Source: a virus (taxonomy: Duplodnaviria; Caudoviricetes). Taken from it: a DNA stretch of 52,417 nt. Each line of letters begins with the position of its first letter. Positions within the stretch are counted from its first letter, which is position 1. The notes beneath the pieces were generated by a model. That model was given only the letters and a program-made list of their open reading frames with translations. It did not search any database and had not been told where the DNA came from. Positions 35,605 to 45,499 of the stretch are shown here, piece by piece. The stretch spans positions 1-52,417 of the IMG/VR virus record IMGVR_UViG_3300032232_001029. One strand, 5' to 3'. The translations under genes were made by a program, and so were the position numbers.

Positions 35605-36612
35605 TTACTCATTCTCCTCCAGTGTAACAGTTTCTGTTGCTACTTGCAATCCTTTTTTCCCCACACACTCCTTGTCTATGTCACGCAGGTATTCTAATCC
35701 TTTTGCCGTAATGCGTCTACCACCTTGGGCGACCTCCATCAGTCCATGCTTGAGAAGGTATAGCTCAAACTCGCTACGCAGGGCATTACCAGACAATCCA
35801 GTAACCGCACTCAAATTCGTGAGCGAACAACTACCCCTCTCTTTCAGTACCCTGAGTACCTGTAGTTCTGTATTCTCTAACCCTAAAGGTAGGATGCCGA
35901 GTACGCACTTGAGTTCCTCCCATTCCTTGTGTCCGATGTCATGAACATTGTGCCTACGAGCAAATTGCGTGACGTTATCTTTTGCCATCAAGGTTGCGTT
36001 TCTAGCGTTGCCCCTACAAGTAGAACTAATTTGTTTAATTACTTCTGGTGAATAAGTAATCTCATCACTATTGGCCTCTACAATCTTTGCCAAATCCCCA
36101 GAGTTATACTCTTCCATATGAATCATCTTACACCTGTCTTTTAGGGGTGTGATAACTCTTTGGGGGTCGGTAGTAGCGAATATGAAACTAACCTTAGTAA
36201 AGTCAAACTCTATATTATAGTCATCAAAACGTAGTGTGTTTCTGTTATGCTTGTTGGGATTCAGAACCGTGAGCATGCAAGTCTGCACACTCTCTGGCAT
36301 CTCATGTGCCTCGTCAAAGAAAACAGTAATATGCTGATCCCTGATGTAGGTTAATGCGATATCCTCCACGAACTGGCGAACGTTCTTGAGCGTCGAGCAA
36401 TTGATCGTAAGCATCGGCTTGACACGCCCGAGTGTCTTGCTACGTAAATTCTTGGCCACCTGAGTTGCTAGCATGGTCTTGCCCTGACCACGCTGACCAA
36501 CCACAAAAAGATGTGGCAGTATCTCGCTCTTCTCAAATGCATCAATATAGAAGGAAAGGACACGCTTGGTTTTGTCCTGACCGATCATCTCGTCAAAGTA
36601 GGTTGTTTCCAT
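35605..36612 (-). CDS. ruvB: Holliday junction branch-migration ATPase RuvB-like
   Basis: GQRGQGKT, FFDEAH, FIFATT, PLKDR, RGNARNA and C-terminal wHTH (ELYLLKHGL...GGRRIT). Confidence 0.85.
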   Translation of the reverse strand: METTYFDEMIGQDKTKRVLSFYIDAFEKSEILPHLFVVGQRGQGKTMLATQVAKNLRSKTLGRVKPMLTINCSTLKNVRQFVEDIALTYIRDQHITVFFDEAHEMPESVQTCMLTVLNPNKHNRNTLRFDDYNIEFDFTKVSFIFATTDPQRVITPLKDRCKMIHMEEYNSGDLAKIVEANSDEITYSPEVIKQISSTCRGNARNATLMAKDNVTQFARRHNVHDIGHKEWEELKCVLGILPLGLENTELQVLRVLKERGSCSLTNLSAVTGLSGNALRSEFELYLLKHGLMEVAQGGRRITAKGLEYLRDIDKECVGKKGLQVATETVTLEENE

Positions 36613-36654
36613 ACCTTCTTGTATACTAGTTTGTAATATGGGTTAATACTTTTT

Positions 36655-36972
36655 TTAAAAAATATCCTCATCGAAACTCTGTAGTTCGATGGATACCTTC
36701 GGCACAAGCTCGGTGAGCAGTGGTGCAGTACTCTTTGTGGTATCTGTATCTGCTGTGAAATCGTCTAGTACTACATCCCCCTTACCACCTGCAACCGCAG
36801 CAATTAATGCGTCTGGTTTTGCATCTATCTTCTTGCCGTCCAGTCCGAGCATCTGGGCATAACGCCCCCATATGATAACTCGTGCATTTGGTTTTAGGGC
36901 AGTATTCAGATCTGCTAGCGTTACGCTAACAAAACTTCCGCTACCCGCTTTACGTCCTCTCTTTGTACTCAT
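36655..36972 (-). CDS. Hypothetical protein (AT-hook-like N-terminus)
   Basis: KRGRKAGSGSF. Confidence 0.65.
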   Translation of the reverse strand: MSTKRGRKAGSGSFVSVTLADLNTALKPNARVIIWGRYAQMLGLDGKKIDAKPDALIAAVAGGKGDVVLDDFTADTDTTKSTAPLLTELVPKVSIELQSFDEDIF

Positions 36973-37000
36973 TTTTTTTAGTTTTTAGTTATAGTTAAAG

Positions 37001-37085
37001 TGGTGGACGAGGAGAGACTCGAACTCTCAAGCCTTTCGGCATATCGGCCTAAACGATACGTGTCTGCCAATTTCACCACTCGTCC
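37001..37085 (-). tRNA. tRNA-Leu (TAG)
   Basis: GGACGAG/CTCGTCC acceptor, TATCG-TTTAGGC-CGATA, long variable arm, CCA. Confidence 0.93.
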
Positions 37086-37277
37086 ATGGATATATATTAC
37101 AACTGTTTTACACCAGAGTCAAATTAAAATTCAATTTTATTAATTAAAAGGAATTTTAAATGTTTTTGTGTACTACTTTTACCGTCATTAAATTTCAATA
37201 TTATTAAGCTATTGTTATTTTATTATTTAAAATGATATAAGACACCATTGATTAACTTACTATTTAACTTGTATCCC

Positions 37278-37344
37278 TTATTTGGCAAAAAGTCGTTCAC
37301 TTTTTAGGATTCATTATTTGGCCGAAAGTCGTTCACTTTTTAGG
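37278..37344. repeat. 36-bp direct repeat (2 copies)
   Basis: TTATTTGGC...AAAGTCGTTCACTTTTTAGG at 37278 and 37314. Confidence 0.85.
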
Positions 37345-37346
37345 TT

Positions 37347-37434
37347 TGGAGGAAGCGGAGGGATTCGAACCCTCGGTACATTACTGTACGGCAGTTTAGT
37401 AAACTGCAGCCTTAAACCACTCGGCCACACTTCC
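37347..37434 (-). tRNA. tRNA-Ser (ACT)
   Basis: GGAAGTG/CGCTTCC acceptor, GCAGT-TTACTAA-ACTGC, long variable arm, CCA. Confidence 0.88.
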
Positions 37435-37498
37435 ATTAAAAATCCCCACCCCCTTATTTGGCAACATCTTGTTCACTAATTCAAGTGTAATAGTATTT

Positions 37499-38032
37499 AT
37501 GCAAATAAAACAATGTAGTTCTTGTAATTATATCAAACCAATAGAGGAATTTATAAAAACTTCTAGTTATTGTAAGGAATGCAGAAGTAAATACTATAAG
37601 TCTTGGCATGAGGCTAATAGGCCGCGTAAGCCAGTCTTATCCGAAGAAGAATTAAAATTAAAAAAAGAAACGCAAAGAAGAAAAATCAGAGAATATATAA
37701 AAAAGAAAAGATCTACAGATATAAAATACAGGATAGCTTGCACGGTAAGGTCTAGAATACAAATGGCCTTTAGAAATAGTATTAAGAATTCCTCCTCTTG
37801 GTCTCTAATGGGATGCGACCAAAAGAGTTATATCAAATATTTAGAAAGTTTATTTAAAGAAGATATGTGTTGGGATAATTATGGTATCTACTGGGAAATA
37901 GATCACATCGTACCGTGTTCACATTTTGATTTGACTGACTGTGAACAACAAAAGAAATGTTTTCATTATACTAATACTCAACCATTAGTTAAATCAGTTA
38001 ATAGGTCTAAAAATAATAAATATATAGGATAA
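37499..38032 (+). CDS. HNH/endonuclease VII-like homing endonuclease
   Basis: CSSC...CKEC N-terminus; WDNYG..WEIDHIVP...FHYTNTQPL...N..K. Confidence 0.85.
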   Translation: MQIKQCSSCNYIKPIEEFIKTSSYCKECRSKYYKSWHEANRPRKPVLSEEELKLKKETQRRKIREYIKKKRSTDIKYRIACTVRSRIQMAFRNSIKNSSSWSLMGCDQKSYIKYLESLFKEDMCWDNYGIYWEIDHIVPCSHFDLTDCEQQKKCFHYTNTQPLVKSVNRSKNNKYIG

Positions 38033-38120
38033 TATTATATACTCCTTATTTGAGACTTTCTCGCTCGCAAATTCATATATCTATTATTTAGCCCAAAGTC
38101 ATTCACAAATACAGGTTCTC

Positions 38121-39026
38121 TTAATACAATACATCTGTTATTTGGCTGTTTCTCTCTCGCAAATACGGCATAATACTTAACTCTTTTGCTTTGGCTTCTA
38201 CTTCTATATCAAAAGGGACTTCGGGTATCTTGGAGACGTAATCGCTGTGCGCCGGGTCCAGTGCGTGCATCCGGCCCTCGGACCAGTGCTGTACTGGGTC
38301 TATATTTGGCCAACTGTCTCTCACAAATTTGATTATTTCATCTAATGTATATTCCGCATCCGGATTAATTAATAAATGATGATAGTCCAGAGTAATAGGT
38401 ACTTTAAAGTGTTTCTTTATATTACCGGGCGTCCAATACCCATTCTGTTCATTCTCAAATACAATTCTATCCCTAAGAGTTCTGCTCATCATACTGAGAC
38501 TTTGATTTACATTATTTACTACTGTTTCTCCTTTGGTTCCATTACTGATATGTATATTAATAGGACAATTTACATTAGCAGGTAAACCTAAATAATCTAA
38601 TAGTTCTGCATGATACTCTAGATTTAGTAGGCTTTTCCTTCTTACCTCATCTGTATGTGAACTGATCACTACAAACTGGCCGGGATGTATGGTCAGTCTG
38701 CCGCCAAACTGTAAATATCTCTGTAGAGCTTGCCGGGCCGGGCCGCTTGCCTCTGCCATCCACTCTGCCCTCAATCCCTCTCTCCATAACTGCCCCCACT
38801 GCTCATGATCAGCAAAAGGAATTAGATCACTACTGATTCTATACAAGAAAACCTTATTTGTAATATTCCATTCTATTATTTTACTGAGTAATTTGAAATT
38901 ATGACTGACTATCGACCTCCACTTCTCTGGGGCCTGATCGGGATTCTTATTAGCCCATCCTAGCTTCATTGTCTTAAAGCGCTCGTCTAGAGATGTGTTG
39001 ATGCAGCAATAACCAGTTCTGTACAT
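38121..39026 (-). CDS. uvsE: UV-damage endonuclease UvsE/UvdE
   Basis: GYCCIN, YRISSDLIP, HPGQF, INIH, FENE, LDYHH, HSDY, EVEAKAKE motifs. Confidence 0.92.
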   Translation of the reverse strand: MYRTGYCCINTSLDERFKTMKLGWANKNPDQAPEKWRSIVSHNFKLLSKIIEWNITNKVFLYRISSDLIPFADHEQWGQLWREGLRAEWMAEASGPARQALQRYLQFGGRLTIHPGQFVVISSHTDEVRRKSLLNLEYHAELLDYLGLPANVNCPINIHISNGTKGETVVNNVNQSLSMMSRTLRDRIVFENEQNGYWTPGNIKKHFKVPITLDYHHLLINPDAEYTLDEIIKFVRDSWPNIDPVQHWSEGRMHALDPAHSDYVSKIPEVPFDIEVEAKAKELSIMPYLRERNSQITDVLY

Positions 39027-39107
39027 GTTTTTATAGTATTCTATTATTTACTCTTATTCAAGTAGATTTTTATAGATTCTAGTAGATTTGAATAAATTGA
39101 TTATTAT

Positions 39108-39317
39108 TTAGCTAGATTTACGATTGTTAAAAATGTCAAAAGTGGCGTTTTTATGTAATTTTATCTGGTCGCTACGAAAGTGTTTTATACTACCATCCAA
39201 TTCTAGTACTACTGTAAACACATCGTTCTCCCAAGTGCCGCCCGCAGTCACATACCACGCGTAGCCGTCACCCAATTCTGTCACAACAGGAACCGGATTA
39301 GAGAATTCATGTATCAT
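39108..39317 (-). CDS. Phage hypothetical protein
   Basis: MIHEF.NP.PV.T.LG.G; promoter upstream. Confidence 0.65.
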   Translation of the reverse strand: MIHEFSNPVPVVTELGDGYAWYVTAGGTWENDVFTVVLELDGSIKHFRSDQIKLHKNATFDIFNNRKSS

Positions 39318-39454
39318 TATGTTTATTTTACTATAATTTTAACCTAAAATCAAGCAATTTCGCCAGACGTGGATGTCCAATTTACAGTGAGGTTGTTAAG
39401 CCGGGCCTAGGGTTTAATACAACTTTTAAATATTGACTATTTATTTAAATTATA

Positions 39455-39652
39455 TTACTGCAATCTATACATTGACTGCATCAAACTGATCAGTGCTGGA
39501 TGGTAATTGACGCTATCAATAAATTTACCAAACTTCCTATATGTTCTAATCCGTTTCACGCAGTTTCTAATTTTCTCCCTACGCTTACGCCTGTGTGGAC
39601 AGTCGATCACTGGTAGGCTCTGGCGCAAGTGTTTAAGCAGGTGTATGGGCAT
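39455..39652 (-). CDS. Hypothetical basic protein
   Basis: ORF track. Confidence 0.45.
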   Translation of the reverse strand: MPIHLLKHLRQSLPVIDCPHRRKRREKIRNCVKRIRTYRKFGKFIDSVNYHPALISLMQSMYRLQ

Positions 39653-40262
39653 ATGGAGAGTGTGTATTGACCGGAGATTAATATAGGATTCCTATACTAG
39701 TATACACATAACATATTTTTACAATTATTTCAAATCTATTATTTTGCGAAATTATTTATTTATTTTCTTGACTTTTATTATATAAGGCGCACTGATAATT
39801 TTCACTATTTCATCCATAACTATTACTCGTATTATTCTTTATATATTCTATGTATTCTTTCTATTACTCTCTATTACTTTATACTGTTCTTATGTATGAA
39901 GTTCTTATTGGATGCGGGTATGATATTCCTATTGGATAGGTATGTTTTTTTTGTATTTCTACTCTGTTAATGGGGGGTTCTTGTATGTATTGATTGTTCG
40001 GGTATAATCGGGTATCTATTCGGGTATTCGGGGGTGGGGATAGGGAGGTATAAACCATAATAAACACTACTAAAGTGTATGGTATGACAGACAATGATTG
40101 TCTAAGATAGTATTATAGGTTATATTAAATTAAATAAATACCATAGAAGCCCTATAATAGTGTGAAAGAAGGTGGGGTAGGGTAGGGAATATCTATATTA
40201 AAGGTACGGCATAGATCAAAATAAGGATAAAAACCCTATTTTAAAGTGCCGGGTTAACTATT

Positions 40263-40781
40263 TTAATCGTTTAAATACTTAAACGTATATCCCTTATGTT
40301 GTTTTCTTTTACCAGATAGACATCCCATAACGCTACCTTGGTCTAAACCAAATTGCTTTATCTCACTCGCTCCATATAGGGTCGTAATATAATCGCCCAT
40401 AATATTTAATACGATTAGGGGCTTACATTGTGGATCTTTTTGACCACTTTGCTGTCCTATGAGTCCAGTGTCGTAGGCGTGTTTGATATTTTCCGATCTA
40501 GTACACCATTCTAAATTTTCAACTCTATTGTCTATTTTAATACAATTAATATGATTTACCTCTGGCTTATTATGTATATTTGGTATAAATGTTTCAGCCA
40601 CTAATCTATGAACTCTAGGAGATTTTCCGCGTAAATATATACGATGGTACCCCTTATAATTAAAACTCTTTAAAATTAAATGGGTTTTTGTTTTTTTATT
40701 ATAGCTCCTTACTCTACCTTCGGATGAGACTTCATACTTATCCTCATGTCCCTTTATTGGCCTCCATTCTTCTTTATGCAT
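40263..40781 (-). CDS. NUMOD4-HNH homing endonuclease
   Basis: EEWRPIKG...YEVSSEGRVRS; VHRLVA...VNHIN..K.DNRVENLEW. Confidence 0.92.
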   Translation of the reverse strand: MHKEEWRPIKGHEDKYEVSSEGRVRSYNKKTKTHLILKSFNYKGYHRIYLRGKSPRVHRLVAETFIPNIHNKPEVNHINCIKIDNRVENLEWCTRSENIKHAYDTGLIGQQSGQKDPQCKPLIVLNIMGDYITTLYGASEIKQFGLDQGSVMGCLSGKRKQHKGYTFKYLND

Positions 40782-40785
40782 ATTA

Positions 40786-41463
40786 TTATAACCCTATTGT
40801 CTTAATAAATAGACTATATTCATCTAGTATGACATTGATTGCATTCTCTGCTTCGTGCTTACTACCGAAATGTTTTTCGAGTGGTTTTAAAATGTTTGGA
40901 GCTATTCGGTACATGGAGTGCCTTCCTGTTTTTTCTGGAAACGCCCAATGGCAGGTCAGACAATCTTGCAGACATCCTGCGCATGAACTTCTTTTTATTG
41001 CATTGCAATGATTGCAAAGCGGTTGCCAGTTCTCGTCTGCATTTGTCCCGCCTCTTGATAGAGGAATTTTATGATCGGCCTGTAATCCGACCACTCCAGA
41101 TCCGGTAAGCTTACGGCAAACGTTACATTTATATTTATTTTTACGAAATAGGGCTACTTTCTTTGTTTTTTCTAGTGATCCCCTTGTCGGTATTACTGGT
41201 AATATATTAACTGACCTTAATCTGTATCTGTATTGTTGCTTATCGCGGCCGGGTTCTATATCACAACCTATTTCACTCTTTAATGTTCTAATTCTACGGT
41301 CAAAATTCTTTTGTCCTGTTATATTTAAGAGGTCAGTACTACTAATCCAAGGTTTAGGGAAGACTTCCATGTCATTTACCCATAATGTGGACAATATTTT
41401 CTTATATACGCCCTTTATTTTAGGGAAGTTCTGTTCGTATGTGACATAAGAGATGGGTTGCAT
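40786..41463 (-). CDS. wHTH-HNH endonuclease (restriction-endonuclease-like architecture)
   Basis: RRIRTLKSE wHTH-like segment; CNVC...LQADHKIPLSRGG...WQPLCNHCN..K; extra Cys cluster. Confidence 0.75.
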   Translation of the reverse strand: MQPISYVTYEQNFPKIKGVYKKILSTLWVNDMEVFPKPWISSTDLLNITGQKNFDRRIRTLKSEIGCDIEPGRDKQQYRYRLRSVNILPVIPTRGSLEKTKKVALFRKNKYKCNVCRKLTGSGVVGLQADHKIPLSRGGTNADENWQPLCNHCNAIKRSSCAGCLQDCLTCHWAFPEKTGRHSMYRIAPNILKPLEKHFGSKHEAENAINVILDEYSLFIKTIGL

Positions 41464-41478
41464 ACACTAAATACCTAA

Positions 41479-41706
41479 TTATTTATTTAGATCTAGGTTA
41501 TGCTCATTTATTAGTCTCCAGAGTTCATCTCTCGCCTCGTGCATTGCACTAGTGAAGGGCTCCGGAGTGCCTTCTTCGGCATATTTTGTTTTATTCCGTA
41601 GAAATTGGTCCATATCCCAAATTATAGAGTAATATTTTCCAGCATTTATAGCTAACTCATGGTCTTCTGTATCTTCCGGAAGGTTAAATTCGAGAATGGC
41701 TTTCAT
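41479..41706 (-). CDS. Phage hypothetical protein
   Basis: MKAILEFNLPED motif. Confidence 0.75.
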   Translation of the reverse strand: MKAILEFNLPEDTEDHELAINAGKYYSIIWDMDQFLRNKTKYAEEGTPEPFTSAMHEARDELWRLINEHNLDLNK

Positions 41707-41998
41707 CGTGATTTCATTATCAACAAATTGGTGAAATGTGTCAAGACCATCTTTCTCAGAAAGATATATTTTTGTTAAATGTGAAATACTTATATATTAG
41801 TATCTAAATCTATATACTCGATATAACTTTCATAAGTCTCTCCTTCGTAAGTGAACTGAATGGCCGTTATACCTAATTCGTCTTTATACCATTGGACGAT
41901 TGACACTTTTGATAAAGAAACCCAACCATACTTTACCCACACTGATGCTACTTTTAACCCCATTTATTTATTATACCCGAATGGGTAAGTGTGGTCAA

Positions 41999-42202
41999 TT
42001 AAATTTCATAGAACCAGTTTCTTTTTAACATTTGTTGTCTTTTTATTTTAATTAAAAACTTTCGCGCTTTTTTCTTGGCTTTTCTGGCCTGTTTACCCAC
42101 TCTCTTTGTCCCGTCTATTACCATCCAGAAGAAACATCCAAACCCAATCACCATTATAAACATAATAATATGAAATGGCAATAGATCTGTTTCCCTGTTC
42201 AT
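41999..42202 (-). CDS. Small membrane protein
   Basis: Single TM helix plus a basic tail. Confidence 0.6.
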   Translation of the reverse strand: MNRETDLLPFHIIMFIMVIGFGCFFWMVIDGTKRVGKQARKAKKKARKFLIKIKRQQMLKRNWFYEI

Positions 42203-42210
42203 AACCTTAT

Positions 42211-42396
42211 TTAGAATTCTTTAGCTTTCAACGTGGCTTTAATTTTGTTTTTATTTACGGTGGCTCTAGCGCGAATATATTTCTTATATAATTTCATGTA
42301 TTCAGAATAATGAACGTAGCTACCTAGCTCGCGCTGTTGCATGTCCGCTTCGCCATCGTCTGAAATGTAGGGGTCAAAAGTTTTTACAGTCTTCAT
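42211..42396 (-). CDS. Hypothetical protein
   Basis: TTGACA-17-TATCAT-6-ATG. Confidence 0.65.
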   Translation of the reverse strand: MKTVKTFDPYISDDGEADMQQRELGSYVHYSEYMKLYKKYIRARATVNKNKIKATLKAKEF

Positions 42397-42460
42397 ATTG
42401 TTATGATAGACTTTTTTGACCGTGGTGTCAATTGATTTTTACAATTTATTCTTATCTGTA

Positions 42461-43642
42461 CTACGCGCCGTACGAGTAATCTTTTAGTTTATAATGAATG
42501 AAGAGATTCCTAAACCAGTTTCCTTGAAACTGTTCTAATCTGGCGTGTTCGCATTTTGCGGACTCATATAAAATTAAATCTCCAACTTCTGCATATATTT
42601 TGTGCCATTTACCATCATGATCTTGGATATCTAGCGGCCAATCTGGAGTGCCGTTCAAATCTTTATCTACGATTAAGATACTAGAAACATGATGTGTTTC
42701 TATACGATCCTTATGTGAAGCTAGGGTTGCGCCATTTAAATAAGATCTAATACCATAAATCCAAGTGCTTTCCAATCTTGTTCCGGAGAATTCCTCGTGT
42801 AATGGTTTGAGATTTTCATGAATTTGTCTAATAACTTCCGGATACACGTCCATTGACATGATTTCACTGGTTACGCCCTGTCCCTTGATTATATTCTCCT
42901 TGCCTTGAAAAGTTTCTTCACATTTTTTATCTTTTAAAAGGTCATAATGTTTTTGTATTAGCTCCCATGTGTCTTTGGGGCATTTGACAACCTTAAATCC
43001 TTCTGGTGAAAATTTGGGTAATTGCTCATGGTTACTGAATACTTTTTTACTTTTTTTATTAAATTCATTTTTATCTAAAATACCATTCCACTCGTTCTCT
43101 CTCCACCAAGATGTGATAATATATTTAGCCCCTCTTTTCACTTCGCACCCTTCGTGCAGAAAGCGATCATTGACCTCTCCATCTTTCATGTTTACCCAAA
43201 CTACAGCCTTACCCATTTTGGGTTTTACTTTTTTATTTAAATTAATAAAAGCCGTCTCGCCACCCTCTTCAACATCATTCAAATAAATCATAAATGTATG
43301 AGTTCTATTTCCAGAGTACAGGCATTCTGTTTGGTACGATGGACCATGGAAAAAGTCGTTATGCGCTTTGAAGTATTGGCCCGGCTGATACCTTTGTCCC
43401 TGTAGCGACTCCCCCTTGTTAATTGGGATAGATAGATATTCCGATATTCTTTTTTTTAGATCTAGTACTTTACCGTCATTCGGGTTTAGGTTAGAAGTAG
43501 AGGAGGTTCTAAAACTGGTAACACTAGATCCGTAATTTTCTGATACACTAGAGGGTTGATTATTAGACTCAATTTGTCTGACAAAATATTCACATTCCTC
43601 ACTTGATAAAAAATCTTCTATTTCAATAATATCAGTTTGCAT
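42461..43642 (-). CDS. Tandem 2OG-Fe(II) oxygenase (N-terminal prolyl 4-hydroxylase-like domain)
   Basis: RTSS, LQGQRY..GQYFKAHND, R..TFMIYLN.VEEGGET.F, LHEG..V..G.KY; second domain HKD...H.R. Confidence 0.88.
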   Translation of the reverse strand: MQTDIIEIEDFLSSEECEYFVRQIESNNQPSSVSENYGSSVTSFRTSSTSNLNPNDGKVLDLKKRISEYLSIPINKGESLQGQRYQPGQYFKAHNDFFHGPSYQTECLYSGNRTHTFMIYLNDVEEGGETAFINLNKKVKPKMGKAVVWVNMKDGEVNDRFLHEGCEVKRGAKYIITSWWRENEWNGILDKNEFNKKSKKVFSNHEQLPKFSPEGFKVVKCPKDTWELIQKHYDLLKDKKCEETFQGKENIIKGQGVTSEIMSMDVYPEVIRQIHENLKPLHEEFSGTRLESTWIYGIRSYLNGATLASHKDRIETHHVSSILIVDKDLNGTPDWPLDIQDHDGKWHKIYAEVGDLILYESAKCEHARLEQFQGNWFRNLFIHYKLKDYSYGA

Positions 43643-43643
43643 A

Positions 43644-44267
43644 TTAATATAATTTACTTACTAATTTACCCTGAAAAGATACGAATTTATTAAGCCCATT
43701 AATTATCTTAAAGTATCCTCTATTGGGTATAGCGGTCTTAAAGAAATTTTTAATCTTATAGGAGAGTTTGGCGTGTTTTTGTTTCACTTCTTCTGCCCAT
43801 TTATTGTGGGTGATTAAATATTCCTTGATAGCGTATTTATCGACTCTTAATAATTTTATATTAATAAGTTTACCATCAATAAATTTAGCTTTAAAGTCCA
43901 TACTGTAATCAAAGCCATCTGCACCGTCAATTTGCTCCGCAGTGACAGTGTGCATAAATTCAGTTTCTTTTTGCTCTGGATTAGAACAAACGGTAGTATA
44001 AAATACTATGTTTCCCGTATACCTAGATTTAACCCAACGTTCAGATAGTACATTCATATAGCCACCAAAACGACTATCATCGTTAACCCACTCAACTTTT
44101 TGATCTAGTAGCATCAACTGTCCAGTTTTATTGATCCGATACCTGTACATCAGGTTTTCAAGATCCTTAGTTTGGAACTCTTCTTTTTTCCAGTTGATTT
44201 TTAATGTATCAACCGGAGTGGGAAGTGGCAGCTTTACTTCAACGTAAATAAAATCAAACATTCCCAA
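43644..44267 (-). CDS. Hypothetical protein
   Basis: MGMFDFI...FQTKDL motif. Confidence 0.7.
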   Translation of the reverse strand: MGMFDFIYVEVKLPLPTPVDTLKINWKKEEFQTKDLENLMYRYRINKTGQLMLLDQKVEWVNDDSRFGGYMNVLSERWVKSRYTGNIVFYTTVCSNPEQKETEFMHTVTAEQIDGADGFDYSMDFKAKFIDGKLINIKLLRVDKYAIKEYLITHNKWAEEVKQKHAKLSYKIKNFFKTAIPNRGYFKIINGLNKFVSFQGKLVSKLY

Positions 44268-44393
44268 AATTACCTCCTAACCTTTCGGTATATTTGGCTG
44301 AAATTAATAGTGTGCATTTATATATTGTAAACAAAATTTTAAATAAAATCAATAATATATTTTATATTGGCGCTCACAAAACTAAAGAGCAAA

Positions 44394-44618
44394 TTAATTT
44401 GCTAAAATATTTTGTTTGCCACTCATCTCTAATACGGTTTCTTCGGAGCAGGTAATATAATTAATTCTAAACTTGTATGTTGGTGGATAGCAACTTAAAG
44501 TACGCTCTAATTCCGTTCTTGCTTCATTTAGATCATGGAACTTACTGCGCATTCCACAATCTAGCCATCTCTCTGAGCCCGGTACTAGGATTTCCAAAAG
44601 ATAAGTTTCTGCGATCAT
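44394..44618 (-). CDS. Hypothetical protein
   Basis: TTGACT-17-TATAAT-6-ATG. Confidence 0.65.
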   Translation of the reverse strand: MIAETYLLEILVPGSERWLDCGMRSKFHDLNEARTELERTLSCYPPTYKFRINYITCSEETVLEMSGKQNILAN

Positions 44619-44666
44619 GTATTGATTATATATTTTTTTGATCTTAAAGTCAATTTAATTATAGAC

Positions 44667-44900
44667 CTACTCTAAACTATCCCTAGAATCACAAACATTG
44701 TACATGGTTTCAAAGTATGCGGTTAATTTTAAAACATACTCTGGACTATCCCAATGACTTTCATGCCAAGAACTCGGTATTCCCCACTCCAATAAATAAT
44801 TGGCGTCATAACCGTTTTCTTCTAGAACCTTGCCTAGGGTATCGCGATTGTATCTCCCTCTTTCGGAAAGCATACTAGGAGGAAATAAACGCCTTAACAT
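44667..44900 (-). CDS. Hypothetical protein
   Basis: ORF track, co-oriented. Confidence 0.55.
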   Translation of the reverse strand: MLRRLFPPSMLSERGRYNRDTLGKVLEENGYDANYLLEWGIPSSWHESHWDSPEYVLKLTAYFETMYNVCDSRDSLE

Positions 44901-45114
44901 TCAAGTCGTCTGACCATTCAAGGTATTCATTTAACTCTGAGATAAAAGCCTGTGAAATAAGGTTAATTACCTCGTGCCTATCTTTTCCAGACAGAACCGC
45001 ATTATCAATAGCTTTTTCGATGATGGTATCGTTCTCGCCAAATGGCAAGTCAATCATCCAATCAACTACCATCTTTCGACGGGACTCAATACTAATATTC
45101 ATGGAATCCTTCAT
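44875..45114 (-). CDS. Hypothetical protein
   Basis: ORF track, co-oriented. Confidence 0.55.
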   Translation of the reverse strand: MKDSMNISIESRRKMVVDWMIDLPFGENDTIIEKAIDNAVLSGKDRHEVINLISQAFISELNEYLEWSDDLNVKAFISS

Positions 45115-45124
45115 ATTATTACAT

Positions 45125-45499
45125 TTAATTGTTAGTGTTTTCCGTAATATAATGTTGATCTATTACTATTTTTTCTAATTCTTTGTATTTGTTGTTTAGA
45201 TATTCAATATCCTTGCCCGAAGCATCGCTATCATTTTTGATAGTGTCCACCTCTTTCGCGCATGCCTCTATTAGAAATTCTATTAACCCCTCCTGAGCTT
45301 TCGTAAAGGTATCGAAAGACTCTGAGTGTTCTGAAAGAATATAGCCGCTGTGCCTAACTGTCCATGACGGGCTTTTATAAGTGCAGTATTCTCTTTCTAT
45401 AAAGAACCAGCAATCTCGGTCTTTGTGGTGATCACCACCAATTAGTGAATACCAGAGTTTTAGTAGACGTTCTATAAGCTGCTCGTTATGATTATCCAT
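45125..45499 (-). CDS. Hypothetical protein
   Basis: TTGACA-17-TAGTAT-6-ATG. Confidence 0.7.
   Translation of the reverse strand: MDNHNEQLIERLLKLWYSLIGGDHHKDRDCWFFIEREYCTYKSPSWTVRHSGYILSEHSESFDTFTKAQEGLIEFLIEACAKEVDTIKNDSDASGKDIEYLNNKYKELEKIVIDQHYITENTNN

Noticed and set aside
37282-37479. Track ORF on the plus strand
   Set aside because: Made of the 36-bp repeat and antisense tRNA-Ser
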